In this document: positions 9,644 through 21,330 of the stretch, one piece after another | Layout: every line of letters starts with the position of its first letter | How positions within the stretch are numbered: position 1 is the stretch's first letter | Origin: an uncultured Acidobacteriota bacterium | Lineage (GTDB): Bacteria > Acidobacteriota > Thermoanaerobaculia > UBA5066 > Gp7-AA6 | Assembly (NCBI GenBank): GCA_963708395.1 | Contig: CAVPSG010000002.1 | Coordinates: forward strand, 901,100-965,099 | Direction: 5' to 3' | DNA: 64,000 nt | Translations under genes and position numbers: made by a program | Notes under the pieces: generated by a model | Told to the model about the DNA's origin: nothing | The model's database searches: none | Seen by the model: the letters and a program-made list of their open reading frames with translations, nothing else

Positions 9644-10093
9644 TCAGGCGCCGAACTGCCTCAGGTGGTGGTCGAGGTGCTTGTACATGACGACGCCCCA
9701 GTCGTCGCCGGAGATCTTTCCGAGGAAGGAGTGGGGGTGTTTCCCGGCCTCGGCCGGCCCACTCTGGCAAAAGCGTCCGATGAGCGCCGTCAGGTGCGCC
9801 TTCTCCTTCGTGAAGTCCTTCTCGTCGCGGACGACGAAGTGCGGATCGGTCGGGGAGTTCTTGCCGAAGGGTTTCTCGGAAAGAAACGTGGACCGGGCAA
9901 ACGGCGCGAAGATCTTTCCGATGAGCGCCTGCTTGAGCGGCAAGTCTCCCGTGCCGACCTCCATCGCGCGGGAGCAGTGCGCGAGCATCTGCGACGCGGT
10001 CATTTTTCCCCAGCCGCGCTTCGATTCCGGCGAGAGATTCCCGAGGCGGTCCAGGATCGTCTGGCGCACGGCGGGATCGAAGAGGCTCGTCAT
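9644..10093 (-). CDS. DUF1569/DinB-like four-helix-bundle protein
   Basis: 149-aa ORF ending HPHSFLGKISGDDWGVVMYKHLDHHLRQFGA, the DinB/DUF1569-type histidine pattern. Its ATG overlaps the upstream stop (ATGA). Confidence 0.6.
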   Translation of the reverse strand: MTSLFDPAVRQTILDRLGNLSPESKRGWGKMTASQMLAHCSRAMEVGTGDLPLKQALIGKIFAPFARSTFLSEKPFGKNSPTDPHFVVRDEKDFTKEKAHLTALIGRFCQSGPAEAGKHPHSFLGKISGDDWGVVMYKHLDHHLRQFGA

Positions 10094-10707
10094 GCCGGCC
10101 TCCGATCGAGCGGCGCGGCCGCTTTTCTTTTCGCGAGCAGGTCCTTCGAGCCGACACCGAGGCGCATGATGACTTTGGTCGCATCGGCCACCGGCACGTC
10201 GAGGCGCGTGATCCGATCCTCCGGCAGGTAGAACACGGTTCCGACGGCCGGGGTCGGCGCGCTCGGGACGAAGACCGTGAGCGTGCCGTCCGCATTCTTT
10301 TCCATGACGTAGCCGAGCACGGTGTTGTCGTCGAACCGGGCAAGGGCGACCTCGACTTCGTCGGCGCCCTCGGCGGTGCCTTCGCCCGTCGCGCCCTTGA
10401 GGAGCGTGTAGCCCGGCATCTTCCGGAGGACGAGCTGCTCGAGCATGCTCTGAAGCCGCCGTCCGGGCCGCGTGCTCGCCACGAGCCCCGCGAAGAAGCC
10501 GACCAGAATCAGGAGAATGATGGCGATGAGGCTCGCGACCCTCATGCCGCCGACCGCTTCCACCGGAACCTGGGCCGCGATGGGACGCACGATCTTCGAG
10601 ACGAGCGCAACCGCTTGGCGCAGGAGCACGATCGTGAGGACGACCGGCAGAAGGAAGATCACGCCGCCGACGAGCGTCGTCTTGATGAATCGAACGATCC
10701 GCTTCAT
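10090..10707 (-). CDS. DUF502-like membrane protein
   Basis: MKRIVRFIKTTLVGGVIFLLPVVLTIVLL...MRVASLIAIILLILVGFFAGL. It has two TM segments and DUF502-like organisation. Its ATG (10707) overlaps the TGA of the upstream Fe-S subunit gene. Confidence 0.6.
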   Translation of the reverse strand: MKRIVRFIKTTLVGGVIFLLPVVLTIVLLRQAVALVSKIVRPIAAQVPVEAVGGMRVASLIAIILLILVGFFAGLVASTRPGRRLQSMLEQLVLRKMPGYTLLKGATGEGTAEGADEVEVALARFDDNTVLGYVMEKNADGTLTVFVPSAPTPAVGTVFYLPEDRITRLDVPVADATKVIMRLGVGSKDLLAKRKAAAPLDRRPA

Positions 10708-11654
10708 GGCTCCTCCTCCCGCTGCTGAACGAACTGCCATCCGAACCGGCCTTTGATGCAGAGATGTCCGCTCGCGACCTCGTTGTCGAGCGGCGAGGTC
10801 ACGCGCACGATCTCGTTGTCCTGGACGCGGAGAGCGAGGGTGCAGCCGACGCCGCAATATGGGCAGATCGTCTCCGTGACGGTCTGGCGGGACTCGTCCC
10901 AGCGGCCCGCCTGCCGCAGGTCGTGCTCGGTCTTGAACATCAGGGCGCCGGTCGGGCACACGCCGATGCAGTTGCCGCAATAGACGCAGGCCGATTCCGG
11001 CAGCGGGGTCGCGAGCTCCGTCGAGATCCGCGCATCGAAGCCGCGTCCGGCGACCGCGATCGCGAACGTGTTCTGGGCCTCGACGCCGCAGGCCTGGACG
11101 CACTTGTAGCAGAGGATGCAGCGCGCGTAGTCGCGCACGTAGAGATCGTTGTCCACCTTGACGGGCTGGGCGACGGTGGCCGTCGCGCCGGACGGCGGGC
11201 CGTGGTGGCCCGGGGTGGGTGCGGTCCCGCGCGTGGCCGTCCTCGCCGGCCAGCGGCGACGCCGGCGGCCCGTACCGCTCGGGCCGTGCGCCGTAGCGCT
11301 CCATCCAGCGGCGCACCTCGGGCGCCGCGCAGGAAAGATCGACGGAAGACGCCAGGAACTCCAGAACCATCTTGCGCGACAGGCGCACGCGCTCGCTGTC
11401 GGTGGAGACCTTCATCTTGGGCTCGACCGGGCGCGAGCAGGCGGGCACGAGGACCCGCGAGCCCTCGACCTCGACGACGCAGACGCGGCAGACGTTGACC
11501 GGCGTCAAATTCTCCAGGAAGCAGAGCGTCGGCGTGTCGAGGCCTTCCTGGCGGCACGCCTCGAGGATCGTCGAGCCCTCCGGCACCGTCACGGCGCGGC
11601 CGTCGATCGTCAGCTCGACCGGGCGCTCGGGATGGAGCCGGCGGTCGGCGGGGA

Positions 11655-11658
<4 letters not shown>
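10704..11658 (-). CDS. NuoG/FdsA-N-terminal-like iron-sulfur subunit of formate dehydrogenase. It ends right after the molybdopterin-type 4Fe-4S (FS0) motif and has one frameshift near 11212.
   Basis: MIPADRRLHPERPVELTIDGRAVTVPEGSTILEAC...CRVCVVEVEG (2Fe-2S type), then after a frame switch DNDLYVRDYARCILCYKCVQACG and CVYCGNCIGVCPTGAL (4Fe-4S), then ICPYCGVGCTLALRV...GHLCIKGRFGWQFVQQREEEP and stop. ATG 11658 overlaps the stop of the flavoprotein gene. Confidence 0.8.
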
Positions 11659-13502
<1,844 letters not shown>

Positions 13503-13536
13503 GACGCGCTAACTGTAGCCGAAGGCGCGGCAGAGG

Positions 13537-15436
13537 TTAGGCGCTCTCTCCCAGCTTTTCGACCCGGATCGCCGCGGCCTTGAACTCCGCGGTTCCGGTC
13601 TTCGGGTCCGTGGCGTCGATCGTCAGGATGTTCGTCGGTGACGTCGTCCTGGAAGTGGAGCGTCAGAAACGCGAGCCCGGGCCGCAGCGTCTCGTCGTAT
13701 CGCGCCGGCACCGAGATCGCGCCGCGCCGCGAAACGGCGCGTACGACCTCGCCGTCGGCGACGGACCACCGCGCGCCGTCTTCCGGCGAGATGTCCAGAG
13801 TCTCCGGCCGGCGCAGCGGCGAGGTGTAGCCCGCGGTCTGGACGCCGGTGTTGAAAGAGTCCAGGCGCCGGCCCGTCGTGAGTCGCACGGGGAACTCGTC
13901 GGTCAGCCGGTCCACCGGCGGGTCGTGCTCGACGGCCACGAAAAGGGCGAGCGGCGGATCCGGCGGATCCTTCCAGAGGCGGCCGTGCAGGAACGGGCTC
14001 CCGGGATGCGACTCGTCCGGGCAGGGCCACTGGAGCCCGTGGAGCTCTTCGAGACGGCGATAGCTCATTCCGCTGTGCCAGGAAGAGAGTGACCGGAGCT
14101 CGTTCCAGACCCTCTCGGCCACGGGGGAGCCGAGCTCGACGTCGAGCCGCTTTCCGAGCTCATGCAGGATCTCCAGGTCCGGACGCGCCTGCCCCGGCGG
14201 CTCGAGCGCCTTGCGCACGCGCTGGACGCGACGCTCGCTCGAGGTGACGGTCCCCTCGTCCTCGCACCAGGACGCGGCGGCCGGCAGGACGACGTGCGCC
14301 ATCTCGCCGGTGCGCGTCAGGAAGATGTCCTGGACGACGAGATGGTCGAGGCCTTCGAGAAGATGCATGGCCCGCTTCTGGTCCGCCTCCGACTGCGCGG
14401 GGTTCTCCCCGATGACGTAGAGCGCGCGGAGCTTTCCGTGCTCCATCTCCTCGAACATCCGCGAGAGATGCCAGCCGCGACGATGCGGGATCGGCGACTT
14501 CCAGGCGCGCTCGAACTTCACGCGGGATTTCGGGTTCTCGACGTCCTGGCCGCCGGGGAGCTTGTTCGGCAGCGCGCCCATGTCGCCGCCGCCCTGCACG
14601 TTGTTCTGGCCGCGCAGAGGGCAGACGCCCGAGCCCCAGCGGCCGACGTGCCCCGTGAGCAGCGCGAGGTCGATCAGCGCGAAGACGTTGTCGAGTGCGT
14701 TGTGGTGCTCGGTGATGCCGAGCGTCCAGCAGAGCTGCGCCTTGCCGGCCTTCGCGTAGGCGTGCGCCGCGTCGCGGATCGCCGCCGCGGGGACTCCGGT
14801 CTCGCGCTCGGCGTACTCGAGCGTGTACTTCTCGACGCTCTCGCGGTAGTTCGGAAAGCTCGCCGTCGCCCGCGCGATGAACTCGCGATTCTCGAGCCCC
14901 GCGTGGAGGATCTCCCGCCCCATCGCGTTGGCGAGCGCGATGTCCGAGCCGACGTCGAGGCCGAGCCAGATGTCCGCCCATTGCGCCGACGCCGTGCGCC
15001 GCGGGTCCACGACGATGAGGCGCGCGCCGTTGCGGACGCCCTTCAGAACATGATGGAAGTAGATCGGGTGCGCTTCGCGCGCGTTGGAGCCCCAGAGGAG
15101 GATGACGTCCGCCTCCTCCGTCTCCCGATAAGAGCTCGTCCCGCCTCCCGCCCCGAACACCGTCGTCAGACCGACGACGCTGGGGGCGTGTCAGGTGCGG
15201 TTACAGCTGTCGATGTTGTTGCTGCCGACGGCGACGCGGGCGAACTTCTGCGCGTAGTAGTTCACCTCGTTGGTCGCCTTCGAGCAGGAGAAGAGGCCGA
15301 AGGCCTCTCCGCCCCGCTCGTCGCGGATGCGCCGAAACCCGTCGGCTGCCCGATCGAGCGCCTCTTCCCAGGACGCCTTTCGGAGCCTTCCGTTCTCGCG
15401 CACCAGCGGTTCGGTCAGCCGCATGTACGGCTTCAT
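13537..15436 (-). CDS. Formate dehydrogenase catalytic Mo/W-bis-PGD subunit, selenocysteine-containing (UGA at 15191-15193). It lacks its own FS0 cluster domain and has one frameshift near 13637.
   Basis: MKPYMRLTEPLVRENGRLRKASWEEALD...SNNIDSCNRT-[TGA]-HAPSVVGLTTVFGAGGGTSSY. The ORFs 15191..15436 and 13487..15160 are in the same frame. The natural C-terminus TNILTIDATDPKTGTAEFKAAAIRVEKLGESA-TAA (13537) is read in a shifted frame. SD AGGAGA lies 6 nt before the ATG, with an in-frame TAG 8 codons upstream. Confidence 0.85.
15161..15179 (-). promoter_or_regulatory. Bacterial SECIS-like hairpin directly downstream of the in-frame UGA
   Basis: The mRNA reads UGA CAC GCC CCC AG-CGUCGUC-GGUCU-GACGACG. 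This is a perfect 7-bp stem with a GGUCU loop starting 11 nt after the UGA. Confidence 0.75.
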
Positions 15437-15441
15437 CGAAT

Positions 15442-15536
15442 GTCTCCTGTGGCGAGACTAGCGCCCGGGGCCGGGGGGAGTCCAGCGTCGGCGGACGTGC
15501 TCCGGCAGACCGCGAAGCCGCCGGGCCACAGGAGAC
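15442..15536 (-). promoter_or_regulatory. Long-range 12-nt perfect pairing that can sequester the FDH Shine-Dalgarno sequence
   Basis: On the mRNA, GUCUCCUGUGGC (15536-15525) is the exact complement of GCCACAGGAGAC (15453-15442). The latter contains the AGGAGA SD 6 nt before the ATG. The two are separated by 71 nt of GC-rich, hairpin-prone leader. Confidence 0.45.
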
Positions 15537-15629
15537 TGCAGGTCGAGAGGGGATGCGCAATCCTAGTCGCGACGTCCGGGTCGCCCTGCCTGCGCAAGGC
15601 GCCCGGATGCCACCGTCCCGATGGCGGAG

Positions 15630-16025
15630 CTACTCGGTCGTCTTTCCGGCGAAGTGCTCTTCCAACGCCATGGCATCGGCCTTGGTGGCGCGCACCGTCG
15701 CGTCCGCGTGCTCCGGCGGCCCGTACAGCGTGTACAGCTTCAGCGGCTCCTCGCCGGTGTTCTTGACATTGTGCCGCGCGCCGGCGGGTACGAGAATCGC
15801 CGAGTCGCTCTCGATCTTCGTCTTCCGGCCGTCGATCCAAACCTCCCCTTTGCCCTTCTCAATCCGGAAGAACTGGTCACGATCCGGATGGACCTCTTCG
15901 CCGATGTCCTCGCCCGGGGCAAGCGCCATCAGCACGAGCTGCAGGTTCTTGCCCGTGTAGAGGACGCGGCGGAAATCCGAGTTGTGCTCGGTCATGTCTT
16001 CGATGTCGTCGACGAAACCTCTCAT
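15630..16025 (-). CDS. Cupin-domain protein
   Basis: 131-aa ORF with GEDIGEEVHPDRDQFFRIEKGKGEV...VPAGARHNVKNTGEEPLKLYTLY, the two-motif cupin signature. SD AAAGGAGA lies upstream. Confidence 0.8.
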   Translation of the reverse strand: MRGFVDDIEDMTEHNSDFRRVLYTGKNLQLVLMALAPGEDIGEEVHPDRDQFFRIEKGKGEVWIDGRKTKIESDSAILVPAGARHNVKNTGEEPLKLYTLYGPPEHADATVRATKADAMALEEHFAGKTTE

Positions 16026-16231
16026 GGCAGTCTCCTTTCGGGTTTGACGGACAACCCGACGATATGGGTTGTCCCCCGCGAGGGACTTGATGCGATCGGA
16101 TCAGTTGGGAGGGCGACGGACCGGGTGGAGAGAGACGCTCGCTTGGCGCGTCGCGACCGAGAAACGCCGGCGCGGCTCGGGATGACTCCGATCCCGGGCG
16201 TTCCGGAATCGGGTGCGAGCTTCGGAGGAAA

Positions 16232-16589
16232 TGGTGGAGGCGGCGGGAGTCGAACCCGCGTCCGGAGGCGTCACGTGAAAGGCCACTCCATGCTCAGCCT
16301 CTTCTTGGTTCTCGTCCGGCCGCCTCGAGAAGAGGCAAAACAGCGGTCAGACAACCCCGAATGGTTTTCGCCTCGGCGTCCGGGGATCCGCCTCGGCTAC
16401 ACCCGCATTTGGCGACGTTCGTCCAGGCGCGGCGGGTGCGCTCCCGGACGGACGAGGCTACTTAATTAAGCAGCCAGAGCGAGATTGCTGTTGTTCGCAG
16501 CTATCATTTTTCACCGGTTTTACGAGGTGGGTGAGACCTCGGCATGCAACCTGACTCGTGCGCGTCCCCGTCGAAACCGTTTCGCCCCC
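16232..16589 (-). ncRNA. ssrA: tmRNA (SsrA), 358 nt
   Basis: The 5' end is GGGGGCGAAACGGUUUCGACGGGG. The 3' end is CGCGGGUUCGACUCCCGCCGCCUCCACCA (tRNA-Ala-like acceptor/T-arm with CCA). The internal tag frame GCU GCG AAC AAC AGC AAU CUC GCU CUG GCU GCU UAA encodes (A)ANNSNLALAA. Confidence 0.95.
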
Positions 16590-16663
16590 AGGGACGGCTC
16601 GCTCGTCTCAAAGATCGGAGGAAATGCTAACACGCAGGCCCGCGGCGCATTCCCCGCCGGCGA

Positions 16664-17830
16664 TCAGGGAAGACGATATTGACGCCGCGCCCGCACGACG
16701 GCGCCCGGATGATTCACCTTGACCTCGACCGTGTGCCAGGAGCGCGGCCGCCGGTCGGTAGGCGTGTACGTCAGGAAGTACTGGCTGCTCAGCTCGCGCA
16801 CGATCGATGCGAATGTGGCCGACAGCCTGGCGATGGATCCGATGGCATAGAAGCGTCCGCCCGTCTCGTCGGCCAGGCGCTCGAGAAAGTCGCGAAGGTT
16901 CGGCGGCTGCTCGGCGCCTTCGGCGATCGCATAGATGGAGACCTCCGAGGAGCGCGCCATGTCGATGACCTGGCCGAGCGAGAGCCGGCTCCGGTTGTCG
17001 TCGCCGTCGGTGAAGACGACGACGGCCTTGCGCTGCTTGAAGGGACGGAGGCGCTTGATCGCGGCCGCGGTCGCGTCGTAGAGCGCGGTGTCCCCCTCGG
17101 GCCGCGCGGCGTCGATCCCGTCGAGCACTTTGCGGCGATCGAGTGCGACGTCCACCGATCCGACGATCCCGGTGTTGAACGTCAGGAGGCCGATGCGGTC
17201 TTCCTTCTTGAGCGCGCCCACGAACGCGCGCGCGGAGCGGATCGCGCCGTCGATCTTCGGCTGCATCGAGGCGGAGACGTCGAGCACGAGGACGGCCGCG
17301 AGTGGCGAGTCGACCGTGTCGAACGTTTCGATGCGCTGCGTCTTCTGATTGTCCAAGACGGTGAAGTGCGACTGCGTCAGCCCGAGGATGTAGTGCCCCG
17401 AGCGGTCCGTCACGATCGGCGCGAGCGCGACGGCCTGGGCGTCGGCGCGGGCGGTGAATCCGGGCTCGCGGGTGTCCACGCGGGCCGTCGCCACCTCGCG
17501 CCCGCCGCGGAGCAGCGCGACTGTCACCACGTGGCGCCGGAGCGTCTCGCCCGCGGGCCAGTCGACCTCCCAGGGCGGCGCGGACACGGCGCCTACCTTG
17601 CGTCCGTCGACGAAGAAGTCGAGCACGTCGCCGTGCTGGATGCCCTTCGCGAAAACGCGGATCGAGGTGCTGCCGACCGGAGTGTCGGCCGAGGTCGGCG
17701 ACAGAATCTCGAGAGCCGGCCGCTCCGCTCCGGAGGACTCGTCCGGCTGCGCGGCCGCGGGAGTTGCGATCGCCGCGGCGAGCAGCGCGAGCGCCGCCGC
17801 ACACGCCGCGAGGCGCAATACGGGGATCAC
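16664..17830 (-). CDS. Secreted von Willebrand factor A (VWA) domain protein with N-terminal Ig-like VWFA-related domain
   Basis: GTG 17830 is preceded by GGAGGAG and overlaps the upstream stop (GTGA). There is a signal peptide (IPVLRLAACAAALALLAAAIATPAAAQP) and a MIDAS-type region (VLVLDVSASM...GDTALYDA...VVFTDGDDNRS). Confidence 0.85.
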   Translation of the reverse strand: MIPVLRLAACAAALALLAAAIATPAAAQPDESSGAERPALEILSPTSADTPVGSTSIRVFAKGIQHGDVLDFFVDGRKVGAVSAPPWEVDWPAGETLRRHVVTVALLRGGREVATARVDTREPGFTARADAQAVALAPIVTDRSGHYILGLTQSHFTVLDNQKTQRIETFDTVDSPLAAVLVLDVSASMQPKIDGAIRSARAFVGALKKEDRIGLLTFNTGIVGSVDVALDRRKVLDGIDAARPEGDTALYDATAAAIKRLRPFKQRKAVVVFTDGDDNRSRLSLGQVIDMARSSEVSIYAIAEGAEQPPNLRDFLERLADETGGRFYAIGSIARLSATFASIVRELSSQYFLTYTPTDRRPRSWHTVEVKVNHPGAVVRARRQYRLP

Positions 17831-20800
17831 GCTCCTCCTCCCGCCCGTTGGGAGGGCGTCTCGAGGTCGCGCACGAGGCGTCCGCTCTCCACGGCGTCGT
17901 CGAGGATACGCTCGAGATCCGCGGCCGAAAAGGCCGCCGCGGCCCGCGTCGCGGCCCTCCAGTCGTAGGCATAGGCCATTCGCAGGCCGGAAAGCATTCG
18001 ATCGAGGGCCGCCGGCAGCACGAGCGGCAGGACGGCGGCCGGCAGTTTCGCCTCGGCGACCCGAACGGCGACGGCGATCTTGAGGTCGTAGAGCCGCTCC
18101 GCGAGGAGCTCCGGGCGGCGATAGGCGGCCAGGCGCTCGTACGGGGGCAGATCGCGGTCGGAGAGGGCCGGCTCGCCGGCGAAGACCGCAGCGCCCGGAC
18201 CGAACTGCTCCAGGCATCGCGCCGCTCCCGCCTCTCCCCGCCTCGCGGTCAGGCGAGCCAGGTCCTCCCGGGCCCGCAATACCGCGGGGAGCGGCGGGAT
18301 CGAAGCCGGCGACTCCCGCGCGAGGCGTCGCCCCACTCGGTAGAGATCGGACGGCGAAAGCTCGTCGGAGAGGGGCTCGTTCGTCCCGTCCTCCCGCGCC
18401 ACGATCCGCGCGATCCGCGCCCGGGGAAGGATGTCGCGGGCGAGGCCGTCCCAGGCGTCGAGGCGCTGCCGCGGACTCGACGCATCGAGCGCCCGCACGA
18501 GCTCCCGCGTCGCCTCCGAACAGTCGGCGACGAGCTCGAGCGCGTCGTCGTCGAGCCGCGACGAGCTCATCTGCCAGACCGGCGCGACGAAAGCGGCCCG
18601 AAACTCCTCCATCGGAGTGGACGTGCCGGAGGCGTACGAGAGCTGGTCCGCGTGCAAGAGGCCCAGGATCTCCGGCAGGCCGAAGAGCGACCCCGAGATC
18701 TGGTAGCCGCCTCCCCGCACGGGTTTCGTGAGGACCGTCCGCGTGGACGCCGTGGCGAGGGGACCTCCGGGGCGCTCGACGGTGCGAAAGGAGTGCCGCG
18801 CGACGAACAGCGGGTCCTGGAAGTAGAGGTCGTTCGGATCCCGCGCGCTCGCCGCGTAGACGTGCCCGAGCACGGCCTCGAGGTGGCGTTCCGCGATGAG
18901 GCCGTCGAAGTCCGCGGCGCGCGCGGGAATCTCGGCGCGGCGGCTCGACGGCGATGCGATCTCCTCGGCCGCCGCCCGGGCGCGTTCCTCCGTCTTCCGG
19001 AGGCGATCGTCGGGGCGCGAGGCCTCGCGAGCGTCGACGCGCAACGCCAGGGCGAGGTCCGCCGACGCGCTCCGGGCGGCGTCGAGGCTGCCGTTGGACG
19101 CCGCGGAAAGCAGAGCGCGGCGATGCCGATGCAGCATCTCGAGATCCGAGAAGCCGGCGAGGCTCTGCGTCTGGCGAAACGCGTGGCGCCGGGCCGTCTC
19201 GTCCGCCGCGACGTCGAAGAGAAACCGTCCCCCTCGCCACGGCACCGGGGCGGGCGCGGACCGCGCGCTCATCGCGGCGTCCAGAAGCTCGTCGGGATCG
19301 GCGTCGTCTCCGGCGTTCAGGCCTTGTCTCAGAGCGGGCAGCAACTTCTTCGACGTCCACTCGAAGAGGTCCGCTTCGCCGTGCGCCGGCGAAACGTCGG
19401 AACCGGCGAAGAGGGGAACGCCGAGCAGCGACGAAAGGAGATCGGCCGCGACGGGCGGCCCGAGCGTCCCCGCGTCCGCGAATCCGTCGAGCAGGATGAC
19501 GTAGCCGTGAAAGAGGCCCGCGGCGACCTCGGCGTCCCGGCCGCCGTCCGGCCGGTCGAGGCGATCGAGCGCGAAGACGTAGCGGCGCGCGAGCTCGGGT
19601 CCGGGAAAGGGGAAACCGTGAAGAACGCCGAGGGCCGGCGAGAAGCGCGGGAACCCGAGGGCGATCAGCAGCGCGAGACCGGGGTCGGCGAGATCGGGCC
19701 TCCGGGCGAGCAGGCTCGAAAAGAAAAGAAAGCGCCGCGCGACGGACGTGTCGCCGGGGCCCGCCGGCGCGCGCTGCAGCAGCCGCCGCAACGCGGCGTC
19801 GTCGGGCACGGGCGTCGCGGGTCGTCCGGAAAGCCGGGCCGCGAGCTCCGTTTCGTCGCGCGGGAACGTCGGGTCCGCGACGCCGGGAGGCCCGATCGCG
19901 CCGGCGGGGCGGCCGGCGAGAAACGGCGCCAGATGCGCGAAGTCGTAAGGGTCGCGCGGAATCCAGCCGCGGTCGCCGACCGCCTGGTAGAGGCCGCGGA
20001 ACTGCTCGACCGCGTCGGGTCCCGGGCGAGGGCCGAAGAGGAGAGGTCGGACTTCCTCGTCGCGCAGGTGCCACAGGGAATCGGCGACGTAGGCGGCCTT
20101 CCCCTGGTTCTGCGTGTAGAAGCTTCTCCAGAACGAGGCGCCGGCCGCGGGCGACCCGACCGTCGCCTTCCACTGCGGTTCCGCCTCCGCTCCGCCGGGC
20201 AATTCGAGCCGGCCGTCGCGCACCCGCAGCGCCTCCGGGAAGCGCGAGACTCCCTCGAGCGCCTCGACGTAGAGAGTTCGCCAGCCGCGAGGCGGATCGC
20301 CGGCATCGCGCAGGCCGTCGCGCGTCTCGGGATCGAGGCCGTCGAGCGCCACGAGCATTCGGGACGCGCGCACGTCGCGCAGAAACGCGACGAAGGCGGT
20401 GTCCTTCGAGAGGCCGGGCGAGGCGAGCGTCCGGCGCCAGGCGTCCAGGCCGTAGGGCAGCGGGACCGTCGCGTCGGGAGCGGAGACCGTTACGGTCTCT
20501 CCGTCCCGAAGCCGACCGAGAAAGCTGGCCGTGGGCGTCCCGAGCGCGTCGAGAAACCGCTGGCGGCGCATCGACGCCGCGTCGGCGCGCCGCTCCGTCT
20601 CGATCGCGCCGCCGTTTCGCGCGACCGAGAAGCCGAGGAAGTCGATCGCGCGGCGGCAGCGCTCGGCTTCGCCGCCGGGGGCCGCCGAGAAGCGCGCCGG
20701 TTCTCCGAAGAGCCGCCGCCACTCGGCGAGATCTTCTGCGAACGCCACCGCCATGCTGCGGGCCTCGATCTGCGACCAGGACACGTCGTCGGGAGCGTTG

Positions 20801-21072
20801 AAGAGGAGCCGCTCGTGCAGATCGAGGAGAAATCTCGAATCGTCGCGCGCCGAATCGAGCCCGAAGAGCCGGCGGTAGGATGCCGGGCCGCCCGGCACGA
20901 CCACGGCGTCCGGCGCTTCACCCCGGGCCGCGGCGCGGGAAAAGGCGGCGGCGAGAAGCGAAGCGAGGATCAGGATGCGGCGCCGGGCGCCGGCGACCGT
21001 TGGTCCTCCGTCGCGATGCGAAGACGCTCGCGTCATGGAATCGGGCATCCCTCCAGGAATGTGCCCGTTCAT
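17827..21072 (-). CDS. Large (about 1081 aa) secreted protein of unknown function, translationally coupled to the VWA gene
   Basis: The long open frame continues from ATG 21072 (SD GGGAGAAA). The N-terminal region ARRRILILASLLAAAFSRAAARGEA looks like a signal peptide. I recognised no domain. The ORF-track extension upstream of 21072 is antisense to cutA and was discarded. Confidence 0.7.
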   Translation of the reverse strand: MNGHIPGGMPDSMTRASSHRDGGPTVAGARRRILILASLLAAAFSRAAARGEAPDAVVVPGGPASYRRLFGLDSARDDSRFLLDLHERLLFNAPDDVSWSQIEARSMAVAFAEDLAEWRRLFGEPARFSAAPGGEAERCRRAIDFLGFSVARNGGAIETERRADAASMRRQRFLDALGTPTASFLGRLRDGETVTVSAPDATVPLPYGLDAWRRTLASPGLSKDTAFVAFLRDVRASRMLVALDGLDPETRDGLRDAGDPPRGWRTLYVEALEGVSRFPEALRVRDGRLELPGGAEAEPQWKATVGSPAAGASFWRSFYTQNQGKAAYVADSLWHLRDEEVRPLLFGPRPGPDAVEQFRGLYQAVGDRGWIPRDPYDFAHLAPFLAGRPAGAIGPPGVADPTFPRDETELAARLSGRPATPVPDDAALRRLLQRAPAGPGDTSVARRFLFFSSLLARRPDLADPGLALLIALGFPRFSPALGVLHGFPFPGPELARRYVFALDRLDRPDGGRDAEVAAGLFHGYVILLDGFADAGTLGPPVAADLLSSLLGVPLFAGSDVSPAHGEADLFEWTSKKLLPALRQGLNAGDDADPDELLDAAMSARSAPAPVPWRGGRFLFDVAADETARRHAFRQTQSLAGFSDLEMLHRHRRALLSAASNGSLDAARSASADLALALRVDAREASRPDDRLRKTEERARAAAEEIASPSSRRAEIPARAADFDGLIAERHLEAVLGHVYAASARDPNDLYFQDPLFVARHSFRTVERPGGPLATASTRTVLTKPVRGGGYQISGSLFGLPEILGLLHADQLSYASGTSTPMEEFRAAFVAPVWQMSSSRLDDDALELVADCSEATRELVRALDASSPRQRLDAWDGLARDILPRARIARIVAREDGTNEPLSDELSPSDLYRVGRRLARESPASIPPLPAVLRAREDLARLTARRGEAGAARCLEQFGPGAAVFAGEPALSDRDLPPYERLAAYRRPELLAERLYDLKIAVAVRVAEAKLPAAVLPLVLPAALDRMLSGLRMAYAYDWRAATRAAAAFSAADLERILDDAVESGRLVRDLETPSQRAGGGA

Positions 21073-21330
21073 TTTCTCCCTCTTCGGCCCGGAGCGCGGC
21101 AACTTCCCCGAGCGCCCGCGCCGCTTGGCCACCTTCGCCCCTTTTCGCCAGCTCGGATCTCGATCCACGGGTTCCTCGCATCTCCGAGTCTGTGGTCTCG
21201 CAGGAACCCGAGTCCTCACCTTTGCCTTCGCTTTTTCTGTTTTTTTGACCAGCCTGCGATTTCGGGTGACGCCCGATCGCCGTTCCGGCCCCGGAGCCGC
21301 CTCCACCCTTGACTTCCCGTCCCGCGAGGA

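Noticed and set aside
15188-15196. The TGA at 15191-15193 read as a genuine stop or pseudogene break in the FDH gene.
   Set aside because: It is in frame with the downstream ORF, sits at the catalytic Sec/Cys position, is followed by a SECIS-like hairpin, and selB is present.
15437-15629. A Moco (molybdenum cofactor) riboswitch in the FDH leader.
   Set aside because: It is a plausible location, but I could not reproduce the Moco motif consensus from memory or match it. Only the anti-SD pairing is reported.
16026-16663. A genomic island integrated at the tmRNA gene, or at tRNA-Met near 51019.
   Set aside because: No integrase, no duplicated 3' end of ssrA or the tRNA, and no phage-like genes were seen. 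The neighbours are a cupin and VWA proteins.
17764-21312. Very long ORFs in alternative or antisense frames. Examples: 17764..21312 +, 43354..46542 +, 55419..57851 +, 40151..42124 -, 6434..8155 +, 7999..9534 +, 11691..13583 +, 3749..5170 +, 27592..29832 -.
   Set aside because: Their translations are Arg/Pro/Gly/Ala-rich low-complexity strings typical of stop-poor off-frames in 70% GC DNA. Each overlaps a frame with clear conserved motifs.
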